The notes below the pieces were generated by a model, which ran no database searches, was not told where the DNA came from, and worked only from the letters and a program-made list of their open reading frames with translations. The position numbers and the translations under genes were made by a program. A stretch of 64,000 nucleotides of DNA from Escherichia phage phT4A, in sequence record NC_055712.1, one strand, 5' to 3'. Below are positions 48,228 to 57,247 of the stretch, piece after piece (positions within the stretch are counted from its first letter, which is position 1; each line of letters begins with the position of its first letter).

Positions 48228-48685
48228 TACATACCCAGCGAAATTACGTGAATATATGCTAATGGATGTTTCTTTTGTACACAATGCATGAGTGTATTAT
48301 ACACAATGTCCATGCGTTCATTGCGCGTAAGATCACACTCATCAAAAATAAGGTTTATTGCCTGGTGCTCTATTCGACGTCCACGGAAATGATTAAGAAT
48401 TGCCCCTTTACTGGTCAATACATCACATCCGGTAGCACCATTTAGCTGTTTGGCGTCTTGTGCTGCATTTAACGTATGCGCTACGTAAATGTTAAGGGAA
48501 CTATGGGAACGTTTCATAAAATCAAACGCGCCTTTAGTCTTTTGCGTTTCTCTGCCCAGATCCAGCCTGGTTTCGAATACCATAAAATCGTTAGGGCCGT
48601 AATTATGCGTTGGTTCTTCCAACTCTCGCATAAGATGCATCTTACGACATTCTTCAATTGTCTTTACATAAAATTCACTATTCAT
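48227..48685 (-). CDS. hypothetical protein
   Basis: ORF only. Confidence 0.4.
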   Translation of the reverse strand: MNSEFYVKTIEECRKMHLMRELEEPTHNYGPNDFMVFETRLDLGRETQKTKGAFDFMKRSHSSLNIYVAHTLNAAQDAKQLNGATGCDVLTSKGAILNHFRGRRIEHQAINLIFDECDLTRNERMDIVYNTLMHCVQKKHPLAYIHVISLGM

Positions 48686-48716
48686 GTTTTACCTTTAAGG
48701 GGCCAAAGCCCCTTTG

Positions 48717-49112
48717 TTACGCTAATTCCACATGCGGGGCATCAATGAATTTTGTTTCGATCGGAAGGTTCGGATCATTTTTCCAGTTGATACCAAAACG
48801 CAGTTTAACACCCAGTTCATCACCTGCTTGTTTAACAGCATTCAGGACAGGCAACCACACTTTAGGGTTTGTTTGCCAGCCTTGAGGCAACACGCTAGGA
48901 TACAGATCCACCGCATCACCCGTGATGTGTTTTGAGTTCATTGTTTGAGATACACCCTTACGGACATTCTCGCGCTGTTGTTCTACAGTACGCAGACCTT
49001 CACGTACACCAAAATCAACAGGAGACAGTTGCAGAGCACGTTCTACGACTTTCACCAGTTGAGGTTTAACGCCTTTAAGGTTGTTAAGGCTTTTTTGACT
49101 GAATTTAAACAT
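48717..49112 (-). CDS. peptidase M15-family protein, candidate endolysin
   Basis: SKHITGDAVDL matches the M15 zinc-ligand motif SxHxxGxAxD. Confidence 0.55.
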   Translation of the reverse strand: MFKFSQKSLNNLKGVKPQLVKVVERALQLSPVDFGVREGLRTVEQQRENVRKGVSQTMNSKHITGDAVDLYPSVLPQGWQTNPKVWLPVLNAVKQAGDELGVKLRFGINWKNDPNLPIETKFIDAPHVELA

Positions 49113-49179
49113 AAATCACCTCTTGTAAAAATACCCTGTTTGGGTACACAGGGTATTTATGGTTTAAGAGGTTCGATAC

Positions 49180-49590
49180 TTAATAATCGTAAAGATCACC
49201 GAAACATTCGTCATACTCGCGTTTACGTTCAATTTGCTCGTTTCTACGATCTTCCATATATGGAGGAAGACGGTTTTCATTGACTTCATCAATGTAAGCC
49301 TGTGCATCCTCTTTTGTTAGAAAGAATGCATGGAAATTGTACCCGTTGTACCCGTTGTACCCGTTCATACTACGATCTTCAAGAGAGAATTCTGTGTGAC
49401 AGTCCCAGTCTTTGTACAGGGTGATACATTTAGCAAACAGCCCAATACCGCGATGAATGTATGGGAATCCAGTAACAATCATCTTGCTACCCATTTCCGC
49501 ATTTTCTCCGTTCACACAGAATACTTCATACATGATCGCGCCTGGTTTAACATCTTTCTTAACAGCACGTTTTTCAAAAGCACTTTTCAT
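49180..49590 (-). CDS. hypothetical protein with YNG tandem repeat
   Basis: ORF containing the 3 x 9-bp repeat. Confidence 0.4.
   Translation of the reverse strand: MKSAFEKRAVKKDVKPGAIMYEVFCVNGENAEMGSKMIVTGFPYIHRGIGLFAKCITLYKDWDCHTEFSLEDRSMNGYNGYNGYNFHAFFLTKEDAQAYIDEVNENRLPPYMEDRRNEQIERKREYDECFGDLYDY
49338..49364. repeat. perfect tandem repeat, 3 x TGTACCCGT
   Basis: Three exact 9-bp copies at 49338-49364 inside the CDS, in frame. Confidence 0.9.
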
Positions 49591-49644
49591 AATATATTCC
49601 TCTCAATTGGTGTAACTACAGATTACTAGTTTAGTTTCTGAATG

Positions 49645-49968
49645 TCAACAAGGTTTATCGTTTTTTGACGGAAAAGTTAGAGTGAACAAACGATCATGAA
49701 GGTTGTCGATCCGTTCACAAGCCTGTTTCAGTATGGTTTTATCACCATCATTTGTTGTTTCAATGCATCCAAGTTCATCGGCGTCAATGTTCACTACATC
49801 GCTCATCAATGAAGCAAACACGTTAACATCAGGATGTAACAGTTCTTCGATTTCGGCCTTCATGCCGTCGTGTTCAGAAAGGATATCAATAATATCACGG
49901 GTTAAATCTCCCTGGTACGGGAACCCTGTTTCTAAATGATTGATGATCCTTTGTGCTTTCGTAATCAT
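49645..49968 (-). CDS. hypothetical protein
   Basis: ORF only. Confidence 0.35.
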   Translation of the reverse strand: MITKAQRIINHLETGFPYQGDLTRDIIDILSEHDGMKAEIEELLHPDVNVFASLMSDVVNIDADELGCIETTNDGDKTILKQACERIDNLHDRLFTLTFPSKNDKPC

Positions 49969-50007
49969 AATTTTACCTACAAAAAAGCCCCTTTCGGGGC
50001 TAGTTAA

Positions 50008-50271
50008 TTAAAGTTCACAGCAACGGCACACACCGTATTTTGTAAATGGAGCATCACCGCTAACGTAGGCCCAGAAATCACATGCTTCTTCGGCAGTATC
50101 GAAGATTGCGGCATCATAGAACCCGTGGGCTTCGTTACCGTTCTCATCGATGAAAACCGGAGTCCAGATATTAGGATTGAAGCAATCGTCAACAACAACC
50201 CAACCTTCTTTATCTTTCATTGCTTCTTTGTTGGCTTCGATGTGAGCTAAGATTTCGTTCATGATGTCCAT
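50008..50271 (-). CDS. hypothetical protein
   Basis: ORF only. Confidence 0.35.
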   Translation of the reverse strand: MDIMNEILAHIEANKEAMKDKEGWVVVDDCFNPNIWTPVFIDENGNEAHGFYDAAIFDTAEEACDFWAYVSGDAPFTKYGVCRCCEL

Positions 50272-50340
50272 TTTTCTCTCCTAAAGTGTGTTTCGTTTCT
50301 ACAGGGCTATAGTCTCATAACCCCGTATCTACGTCAACAC

Positions 50341-50601
50341 TTATTTGAAGCGAATTGTGCTATTTTTGAAAAATAGTCCAGAGCACACAGCACCTTCAAT
50401 TTTCACCCCTGTAGGGCTTTTAGCAACGAACCCTGTTGCGTAGGTGTCTTTCTCATCACATGCGAACCAGGCGTGGCCTGTGTACGTGATATCGCTAAAC
50501 CCGTTAGCAGTCAGAATACGTTCGGCTTCTTTCTCATCGGTGCATCCGGATTGTGCTAAAACGACAATAACGACTAACACCAAAGCAATAATATATTTCA
50601 T
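50341..50601 (-). CDS. putative lipoprotein
   Basis: Signal peptide with lipobox LAQSGC. Confidence 0.45.
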   Translation of the reverse strand: MKYIIALVLVVIVVLAQSGCTDEKEAERILTANGFSDITYTGHAWFACDEKDTYATGFVAKSPTGVKIEGAVCSGLFFKNSTIRFK

Positions 50602-50602
50602 G

Positions 50603-51034
50603 TTAAACTCTTTTTAAGTTGGTTTTACTGGCTTCAATCCAGTACACGGGATCAGAATAGTTACCGCACATACCCAGTAACACAGTTGTACATCCTAAAT
50701 GATCGGAAGGTCTCAATCCATCAGGATGAAAAGGCAATTCGTTAACACCGATACTGGTAGCAAAAAGAGCACCTCCAGTACTGTAAAATGTTTTGATATG
50801 ATCGTATGCATCATCAGGCCACTGAAAACGATAAGTTTTATTGTCAATGGTTACTGTATACATATCATATTCCGTAAACAACGGATCTTTTCCTTGTGTT
50901 GCCCCATACAGAGCGCCGCGCCATTCAACCAGATTTGCTTCAATGTCGCTTACACAAATTTCGTTACCCATACGCAAATCATGAAGGATCCCTTCAATGG
51001 TACGAATAGCCCCACTAAGTTCATTAGTTAACAT
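50603..51034 (-). CDS. hypothetical protein
   Basis: ORF only. Confidence 0.35.
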   Translation of the reverse strand: MLTNELSGAIRTIEGILHDLRMGNEICVSDIEANLVEWRGALYGATQGKDPLFTEYDMYTVTIDNKTYRFQWPDDAYDHIKTFYSTGGALFATSIGVNELPFHPDGLRPSDHLGCTTVLLGMCGNYSDPVYWIEASKTNLKRV

Positions 51035-51214
51035 AGAGTTTCCTTTAAATCGGTTTAATGGTTTTCAGGTGTAGTTTAGCATAAGAAGAACCAAATGAGT
51101 TACCATTATGATCAAACTTATGTTCTTCACTCTTCCAGTATTTCCCCGATTTCATCAAGGGTATACGCTTCTTACCTGCTGTTATCGTTTCAACCATTCC
51201 GGTATGAGTGAATG

Positions 51215-51562
51215 TCATGATATACCCTCTTCTTTCAGCACTTCCCAGATCAGTTTATCAAGGTGCATCAGGTTCCACATAACCGAATCATAAGAACCCA
51301 GTGAGCGGGAGTAAATCACTCCCCATGAACGATAACTTTTCTGGAATGCTTCTGCACTATCTACATCATACGGCATATCATCACCGGATGCAATCAAAAG
51401 TTTAAGGATCATCAGACTGTTCAGAAGTTTTGAACTAGCGTCTTGTGCTTGTACTTTTGCACAATAATTTTCAATAATCGCTTTTGCCTTTGGTTCGGTG
51501 ATGCGTCCATTTTTGCATCGCTCTTTGTACACATACATAAGTTCATCGATTATTTCTTGCAT
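51215..51562 (-). CDS. hypothetical protein
   Basis: ORF only. Confidence 0.35.
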   Translation of the reverse strand: MQEIIDELMYVYKERCKNGRITEPKAKAIIENYCAKVQAQDASSKLLNSLMILKLLIASGDDMPYDVDSAEAFQKSYRSWGVIYSRSLGSYDSVMWNLMHLDKLIWEVLKEEGIS

Positions 51563-51896
51563 ACATTCTTTCCTTCTGTTCTGTGCTCATGCCATACAAC
51601 TGAGAGCGTATACGGTCTTGTATACGACGCGTTTCGTTTTGCATCAGTTGGTTTGAAAGAATCAAATCGACCACCGCGCCGCGAACTTTCCATAGATAAT
51701 CAATCATCGCCATATCTTCATCAGTATGGAAACCCTTCGCATCACATTCATAGATAATGCTTTGCCTTTCCGCCATTGCCATTTCTGCTGTCGCCGGAGT
51801 AGCCAGAGAATATTCATACTTCTCGATCAATGATTCCAGTGTACGTGGTTTTACGGGAATGTCAACAGTTATTGGACGAATCATATACAGCCCCAC
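51543..51896 (-). CDS. hypothetical protein
   Basis: ORF only. Confidence 0.35.
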   Translation of the reverse strand: MGLYMIRPITVDIPVKPRTLESLIEKYEYSLATPATAEMAMAERQSIIYECDAKGFHTDEDMAMIDYLWKVRGAVVDLILSNQLMQNETRRIQDRIRSQLYGMSTEQKERMYARNNR

Positions 51897-52177
51897 TTAT
51901 CACCATCTGCTTTAATCTGTAAATTAGCCAGGAATGAAAACATAATATCACAGTTGCTTTCGATTAGATAGCGATATTTTAATACGGTACTTACCTCTTC
52001 CGGTTCTACCGTAGTGACCTTAATGTCTTTAGCACAAAGATCATAATCGTTACAGTACCCGTCAATATCCATAAGCGTTTTGTTTTCATCTGGATATAAT
52101 TCCAGCAAATACGCATCTTCATCAGTTACCAGCGCAACTATCCGGTTGCGCCTTGTGTTATAGGTTAAGATCTTCAT
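51881..52177 (-). CDS. hypothetical protein
   Basis: ORF only. Confidence 0.35.
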   Translation of the reverse strand: MKILTYNTRRNRIVALVTDEDAYLLELYPDENKTLMDIDGYCNDYDLCAKDIKVTTVEPEEVSTVLKYRYLIESNCDIMFSFLANLQIKADGDKWGCI

Positions 52178-53328
52178 TTCAATTCCACCGCGTATACATC
52201 CAATTCAGGGGCTTTGTGTACGCGCATATCTTTACCACATACAGCATAAGCCGGACAGTTACGGCAACCATTATGATCCTTATTACCGATCAATTCCTGA
52301 CGGAATTTCTTAGTTTTCGGATGTTCCCAGATATCTTTGATAAAGTCACTGGCTTCCAGTACGTTAAGCCCTTCTGACCATCCACCCTCGACCCAACGTT
52401 CAGTAAAGGAACAAGGGAAGAATTCACCCTTCTCGTTGATGTACGAGCTAAACATAGTTGCTTCGCAATCTTCCGCGTACTGTTTGTATTGTTCAAAATT
52501 TTCATGCCCTTCCATAGCCTCTACAAAGGCCGGAGCGGAACAGGAATCAAAACCGAACCCTACACCGGATTCAAGGCAATAATCTACCAGCGCTTTATAC
52601 TGCTCGCGTGTAACGGTATCCCAGTTCTTCCCACGACCTTTTTGTTTCAGACCCAGGAATACGATCGCGTTAACTTGTTTCAAGCGCGGATCATTCTTTA
52701 CAGCATCAACCACGTTAAACGCGTCATCATAGGTTTTAGAGCTAACCATGAAATGAAGGTTGATTTGCTGTTGTCCGGCTTCTGCAAGATTAGCCACTGA
52801 ATTAAACGCTACATCGAATCCAGCATGTTTGTATACTGATACCGCAACAGCCCCAGCAACAGCCGCTAAACGCGCTGCAACGTCTTTTGATACATCAGCA
52901 ATGGTAAGGTTCGGCACAATGCCTTTAGAACGCGCATAGGCCATCATATCAAACATATCAGGGTTTGTTTGTCCCTGTGCATCAGCACCGAGGGCGCATT
53001 GAGTCAGCCAGGGCATTTTGTCGATGATTTTGGTGAAGGTGGCAAGATCCATGTTGAACCCGTTCGGGTTATTGGACTTGTAGCAGAACCCGCAGAGTTT
53101 ACCCGCTGGCCCGTTGCATTTGGTAGTGATCTCGATATCGAGGATAAAAGGAAAATGACTATAAATAGGATCGTCAGCAGGAGTTTTTCCCCAAGTCATC
53201 ATATGACCTGTTTTCATATCAAAATTAAAATTAACCTCTTCGGAACGATAGATTTTCTTTCCTTTCGCTTCCAGTAGAAGTCCAACAGGCGTTTTGATAT
53301 GTTTGGCGTTTACTTTAACGTGTCTCAT
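52174..53328 (-). CDS. cysteine-rich putative Fe-S protein (radical SAM/SPASM-like, non-canonical spacing)
   Basis: Cys triad C-x7-C-x2-C (TKCNGPAGKLCGFCY) and C-terminal CRNCPAYAVC (CxxCx5C); start set at MRHVKV. Confidence 0.35.
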   Translation of the reverse strand: MRHVKVNAKHIKTPVGLLLEAKGKKIYRSEEVNFNFDMKTGHMMTWGKTPADDPIYSHFPFILDIEITTKCNGPAGKLCGFCYKSNNPNGFNMDLATFTKIIDKMPWLTQCALGADAQGQTNPDMFDMMAYARSKGIVPNLTIADVSKDVAARLAAVAGAVAVSVYKHAGFDVAFNSVANLAEAGQQQINLHFMVSSKTYDDAFNVVDAVKNDPRLKQVNAIVFLGLKQKGRGKNWDTVTREQYKALVDYCLESGVGFGFDSCSAPAFVEAMEGHENFEQYKQYAEDCEATMFSSYINEKGEFFPCSFTERWVEGGWSEGLNVLEASDFIKDIWEHPKTKKFRQELIGNKDHNGCRNCPAYAVCGKDMRVHKAPELDVYAVELK

Positions 53329-53340
53329 AGGAACCTCATA

Positions 53341-54069
53341 ATGTATTACGTTTACAGAATCACGAATGTTATAGAGAACAAGCACTATTATGGATCAAGA
53401 AAACCTAAAAAGTCAATGCTTGCTTCCGACGATTTAGGGAAACACTATTTCAGTAGTTCCCGTGATAGTCATTTCATCCAGGATCAGAAGGAAAATCCAG
53501 GACACTACAAATATAAAATAATCGTATCTGGGTTGTCAAGGGAAAAAGCGATGAAACTTGAGAAAAGGTTACACGAAATCTACAAGGTGGACAAGAACCC
53601 ACATTTTTATAACAAACACATACACAACAGCATTGATTTTTCATGTACGCCAGAAACAGGAAAGAAGATTTCTCAAACACATCAGAAATACGCAGCAAAG
53701 AAAATCTCAGAATCCCATAAAAGGCGATTCAAGGAAGGTATTGCATCACACAAAGGAGAGAACAACCCACGATACAACGACCATCGGTCTTATGAAGAGA
53801 TACACGGAGAGGAAAGAGCGGAAGCTATACGTAAAGCGCAATCTGAATCAAGAAGTGGAAAAGGCAATTCCCGCGCGGTTATGTGGAGATTTACTTCCCC
53901 TACTGGAGAAGAATTTTTAGTTGAAGGAGAATGTAAAAAGTTTTGCAAAGACAGAAATATTTCCATGCGCAAACTGAAAACATATTTTGGTGAAGTCATC
54001 ACAACATGTGATAAACCCTACGATATCTCTAAGAATACCGTAGGATGGAAATTAGAAAAGATTATTTGA
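53341..54069 (+). CDS. GIY-YIG homing endonuclease (Seg-like)
   Basis: N-terminal YYVYRITNVIENKHYYGSRK is a GIY-YIG motif; NUMOD-like segments (ETGKKISQTHQ, GENNPRYN); sole plus-strand gene within a minus-strand array. Confidence 0.8.
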   Translation: MYYVYRITNVIENKHYYGSRKPKKSMLASDDLGKHYFSSSRDSHFIQDQKENPGHYKYKIIVSGLSREKAMKLEKRLHEIYKVDKNPHFYNKHIHNSIDFSCTPETGKKISQTHQKYAAKKISESHKRRFKEGIASHKGENNPRYNDHRSYEEIHGEERAEAIRKAQSESRSGKGNSRAVMWRFTSPTGEEFLVEGECKKFCKDRNISMRKLKTYFGEVITTCDKPYDISKNTVGWKLEKII

Positions 54070-54316
54070 ATCTTCTTTTACGTTCGTCAGCCAGTTCTTT
54101 TTTGTACGTTTTGATGTACTTCCCGTTAAGGATGCGAAGCTGTTGGAAAACCTTGTTGCACAAAGCACGTTTCGCTTTGTATTCAGGCGTATTGCGGATT
54201 GATTCGATCGTCATCCCCATTTCATTTTTAGGGTACGCGCTCAACTCCCTGCCGATCTCTCTGTGCCAGTTGCTTAACTGATCACGCTGTGCTTTGTACT
54301 CTTCAAAAGTTAACAT
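54062..54316 (-). CDS. hypothetical protein
   Basis: ORF only. Confidence 0.35.
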   Translation of the reverse strand: MLTFEEYKAQRDQLSNWHREIGRELSAYPKNEMGMTIESIRNTPEYKAKRALCNKVFQQLRILNGKYIKTYKKELADERKRRFK

Positions 54317-54382
54317 AACAATCTCCGGTTTCGTTTCTATGTGTGTAAGGTATCATTACCCTACACACAACGCAAGCGATTT

Positions 54383-54583
54383 TTATTTTCCGTAAAGAAC
54401 ACAACATTTTTTATATTTTTCACGGGCTTTTTCTTCATTACTAAAGGAAACTCCCATTCCAAAATCAGAACCTTCGTAAGTAACATCCCACGATTCATAC
54501 CCATCTTCCGAATAATAGGAAAGTGTTATTTTACGATCTTCAAGAACAAGTTGTTCAACAACAATATCAATTTCAGTAGTCAT
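54383..54583 (-). CDS. hypothetical protein
   Basis: ORF only. Confidence 0.3.
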   Translation of the reverse strand: MTTEIDIVVEQLVLEDRKITLSYYSEDGYESWDVTYEGSDFGMGVSFSNEEKAREKYKKCCVLYGK

Positions 54584-54722
54584 AGTTCATTTCCATAATC
54601 TTTTGCTGCATCTTCGGGGGTTGCGTCCAGTCGATAAAGCTCAACGGCTAACGGACTGGGTTTGATTTCGCGGTTCAGGATCTCACTGATACCGCGAAGG
54701 AATTCGATATAAGGACGGAATC

Positions 54723-54974
54723 TCATTTGATACGTACCGCGTTAAAAGCCTGGTTGCGCAGTTCATAAGCCTGTTCAAGCTGTTCAGTAGTGAACAGAGG
54801 ACTATCAGTGTTAGTGGTGAAACTGCAAATGGTTTTGTTGTCGGCGTTGACTTCTTCGACAACGATTTCATAACCCCAGATCCCGCTGTACTCACATTTC
54901 ACGTTCCGGTACTTGATGTAAACTGCTGCAACATCTTCTTTTTTGTAGTTCCGGCTTTTGTAGATGATTTCCAT
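54723..54974 (-). CDS. hypothetical protein
   Basis: ORF only. Confidence 0.35.
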   Translation of the reverse strand: MEIIYKSRNYKKEDVAAVYIKYRNVKCEYSGIWGYEIVVEEVNADNKTICSFTTNTDSPLFTTEQLEQAYELRNQAFNAVRIK

Positions 54975-55045
54975 GATTTCCTCCTTCGTTTCGATGTGTG
55001 TACAATAACAGATCAGGGTTATCGAGTTTTAGCAATTTGTGCTAA

Positions 55046-55324
55046 TTATGCCATTTTCTTAGCGATTTTCCAGGAGGCTTTGAACGCCGGAACGTCTTCA
55101 ATATCAATCCAGAAACCAGATCCGAAACCATCACTATAGCAAGGGCAACCGTCGCAGTAGTTTTCCCAGGTCATCACTTCACCACCAACAGAAGCACCAG
55201 TTTCCATAGCACGTAATGCATCTTCAACTTTTTCCAGTTTTTCGGCGTTGTCGTCGTAAATGACAAAGTACCATTTACCGTTGTATTCGTTACCAAGTTT
55301 GATAGCTTCGCGAACAAGTTTCAT
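55046..55324 (-). CDS. hypothetical protein
   Basis: Start set at MKLVREAIK, downstream of a promoter cassette with AAGGAAA SD. Confidence 0.4.
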   Translation of the reverse strand: MKLVREAIKLGNEYNGKWYFVIYDDNAEKLEKVEDALRAMETGASVGGEVMTWENYCDGCPCYSDGFGSGFWIDIEDVPAFKASWKIAKKMA

Positions 55325-55362
55325 GATGATTTCCTTTTTGTCTGTTTCGTTTCTATGTGTGT

Positions 55363-55400
55363 AATATAACAAAACCCCTCACCATTGGCAAGGGGTTTTT
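55363..55400 (-). promoter_or_regulatory. stem-loop + sigma70 promoter cassette (PeSL-like)
   Basis: Minus strand: hairpin CCCCTTGCCAATGGTGAGGGG carrying TTGCCA, 17-nt spacer, TATATT, then conserved leader ACACACATAGAAACGAAACAG. Confidence 0.55.
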
Positions 55401-55407
55401 GCAAAAA

Positions 55408-55668
55408 TTATCGTTTGATTGGGGTATTATCTATAACCCGTTGAATTTCCGAACGCATCGTAGAATACTGGCACAATTCGGTAAGCGCCCGATCCAGGTG
55501 CATCATAGCGTAAGAAAACTCTTTTCCGCATTTGTCGCATCGAGCGTATAAATGTAAATGGATGCGCCCGATCCCATCTACCTGACTATATTTCTTGAAT
55601 ATGTAAGGTTTTGCACCTCGATAGCCAGTAGCTTCATGCTTACACTCTCGTTTTTTGAACCATGACAT
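55408..55668 (-). CDS. hypothetical protein
   Basis: ORF only. Confidence 0.35.
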   Translation of the reverse strand: MSWFKKRECKHEATGYRGAKPYIFKKYSQVDGIGRIHLHLYARCDKCGKEFSYAMMHLDRALTELCQYSTMRSEIQRVIDNTPIKR

Positions 55669-56243
55669 TAATAATATCCTTGTACGTTGAAGCGGTCACA
55701 CAACAATCTACGTGTTTGGTTAGTATCGCTTTGGATAGAATGCAACATAGCGCTGAACATGTTTAGGTTATTTTGCATCATTTCCGCGCTCATGAGAACT
55801 TCCATACGCGCACGTAAGCGTTTATTTTCTTCTTCCAACTCAACCATACGGTCATATGCTTTGATGCGCTCTAAGGGCATATCAGGACGCTCTTTGAGTA
55901 CGCGAGCACGTTCAACCTCACAAGCATGATTTGCTTTCCAGTGGTTCGATTCCGCTTCAAATTTATTAAGGCGGCGGATCTCTTCAACCATCTTTTTGAT
56001 CATGTGTGGATCCATCATGTCGATGAATTTCATCAGGCAATTGGATTTTGTTTTGTTGTCAGCACCAGACCAAGACGAATTATACGTAACGGTAAACGTG
56101 CGGCCCATTTCATCAACAACCCCGATCTTGTTATCATCGGTGATTGTAGCCGCCCATTTATCCCGCATGGCTGTACAGGTTCCGCTGGCGACACTATGCA
56201 ACTTGTTTAATGTTGCATCATCAAATACAATTTCATCACTCAT
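55668..56243 (-). CDS. hypothetical protein
   Basis: ORF only. Confidence 0.4.
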   Translation of the reverse strand: MSDEIVFDDATLNKLHSVASGTCTAMRDKWAATITDDNKIGVVDEMGRTFTVTYNSSWSGADNKTKSNCLMKFIDMMDPHMIKKMVEEIRRLNKFEAESNHWKANHACEVERARVLKERPDMPLERIKAYDRMVELEEENKRLRARMEVLMSAEMMQNNLNMFSAMLHSIQSDTNQTRRLLCDRFNVQGYY

Positions 56244-56250
56244 ATATGCC

Positions 56251-56649
56251 TCACATAGATTTCAAAATACGCAGAAGTGCGTTAGTAAAGATATCAGGAA
56301 CACAACCACCAAACAACTTATGATTCATCAGCGCTAATTTCATGCTGTGATTTTCAGTATATCGCCCGTTATGGATCCCCCAGGCAACGACATTACCAGG
56401 TTCATGAATAACTAAGTTAGTGAGAGTAACGGTCATGCGCTCTTTATCATTGATAGAGAATGAATAGCAGTAACCGGATCCGATGTCGCCGTAAAGGTTA
56501 AGGTCTTTCAATTTCCCTTGCTCATGCAAGCGTTTCATATGAACTGCACATGCATGATTAATGGTCATTTCGTCATCCCTAGCCCAATCATCAATACCAG
56601 AGGTATAACGAATATTGAAATAGTTAGTCAGTTCATTTGATACGCTCAT
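56251..56649 (-). CDS. hypothetical protein
   Basis: Start set at MSVSNELT with GTGAGG SD. Confidence 0.35.
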   Translation of the reverse strand: MSVSNELTNYFNIRYTSGIDDWARDDEMTINHACAVHMKRLHEQGKLKDLNLYGDIGSGYCYSFSINDKERMTVTLTNLVIHEPGNVVAWGIHNGRYTENHSMKLALMNHKLFGGCVPDIFTNALLRILKSM

Positions 56650-56827
56650 TAGAAACCTCACTTTTATAAAATTCTTTACCAGTCCCATTACAGCTACTGC
56701 ATTTGGGGGAACGGTTGCTATCATACCGCCCCGATCCGTTACATGCAACACATTTCCTTAATTTCCAGCCATACACGAACCTCATATAATAATCAGTTCG
56801 TGCGGCCTTGCGTTCGTGGAAATTCAT
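56633..56827 (-). CDS. small zinc-finger protein (DnaJ-type CxxCxGxG repeats)
   Basis: CVACNGSG and CSSCNGTG. Confidence 0.4.
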   Translation of the reverse strand: MNFHERKAARTDYYMRFVYGWKLRKCVACNGSGRYDSNRSPKCSSCNGTGKEFYKSEVSNERIK

Positions 56828-56967
56828 TCGATTTCTACCGAGTAACCTTCTTTACGTTTTTGGTCAGCGAAATTTCTTGCGCCTCCCCAATCGTAACAGG
56901 TTCTACGACCAACTTCTGAATCATTATGAAACCAAATCACGGTATATCGCTTTCCCATAATAACCTC

Positions 56968-57171
56968 TTAAACTTTGTTGTAAACCTGAACCAACCACAT
57001 TTCGATGTTAGGCGCGTAAGTAACGTTTACCTTATGCATTGTGCGGTATTTGTAAGCGGCTTTGTATGCATCGAGTTCAGTCGGAACACAGAAAGAGAAA
57101 CCGTTGTCATAGCGTTCTGCGTTAGAAACTTCACAACCAACTACAGCGGCAATATTTTTGTTCATGTTCAT
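56968..57171 (-). CDS. hypothetical protein
   Basis: Start set at MNMNKNIAAV downstream of a promoter cassette. Confidence 0.35.
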   Translation of the reverse strand: MNMNKNIAAVVGCEVSNAERYDNGFSFCVPTELDAYKAAYKYRTMHKVNVTYAPNIEMWLVQVYNKV

Positions 57172-57207
57172 GATGTTTTCCTTTCTCTGTTTCGTTTCGA
57201 TGTGTGT

Positions 57208-57245
57208 AATATAACAAAGCCCCTGCACTAATGCAAGGGCTTTTT
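57208..57245 (-). promoter_or_regulatory. stem-loop + sigma70 promoter cassette (PeSL-like)
   Basis: Minus strand: hairpin GCCCTTGCATTAGTGCAGGGGC carrying TTGCAT, 17-nt spacer, TATATT, then leader ACACACATCGAAACGAAACAG. Confidence 0.55.
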
Positions 57246-57247
57246 GA

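Noticed and set aside
54683-54895. ORF 54683-54895 (70 aa, minus strand)
   Set aside because: It overlaps ORF 54723-54974 almost completely in another frame; only one can be real and the longer one has the better start context.
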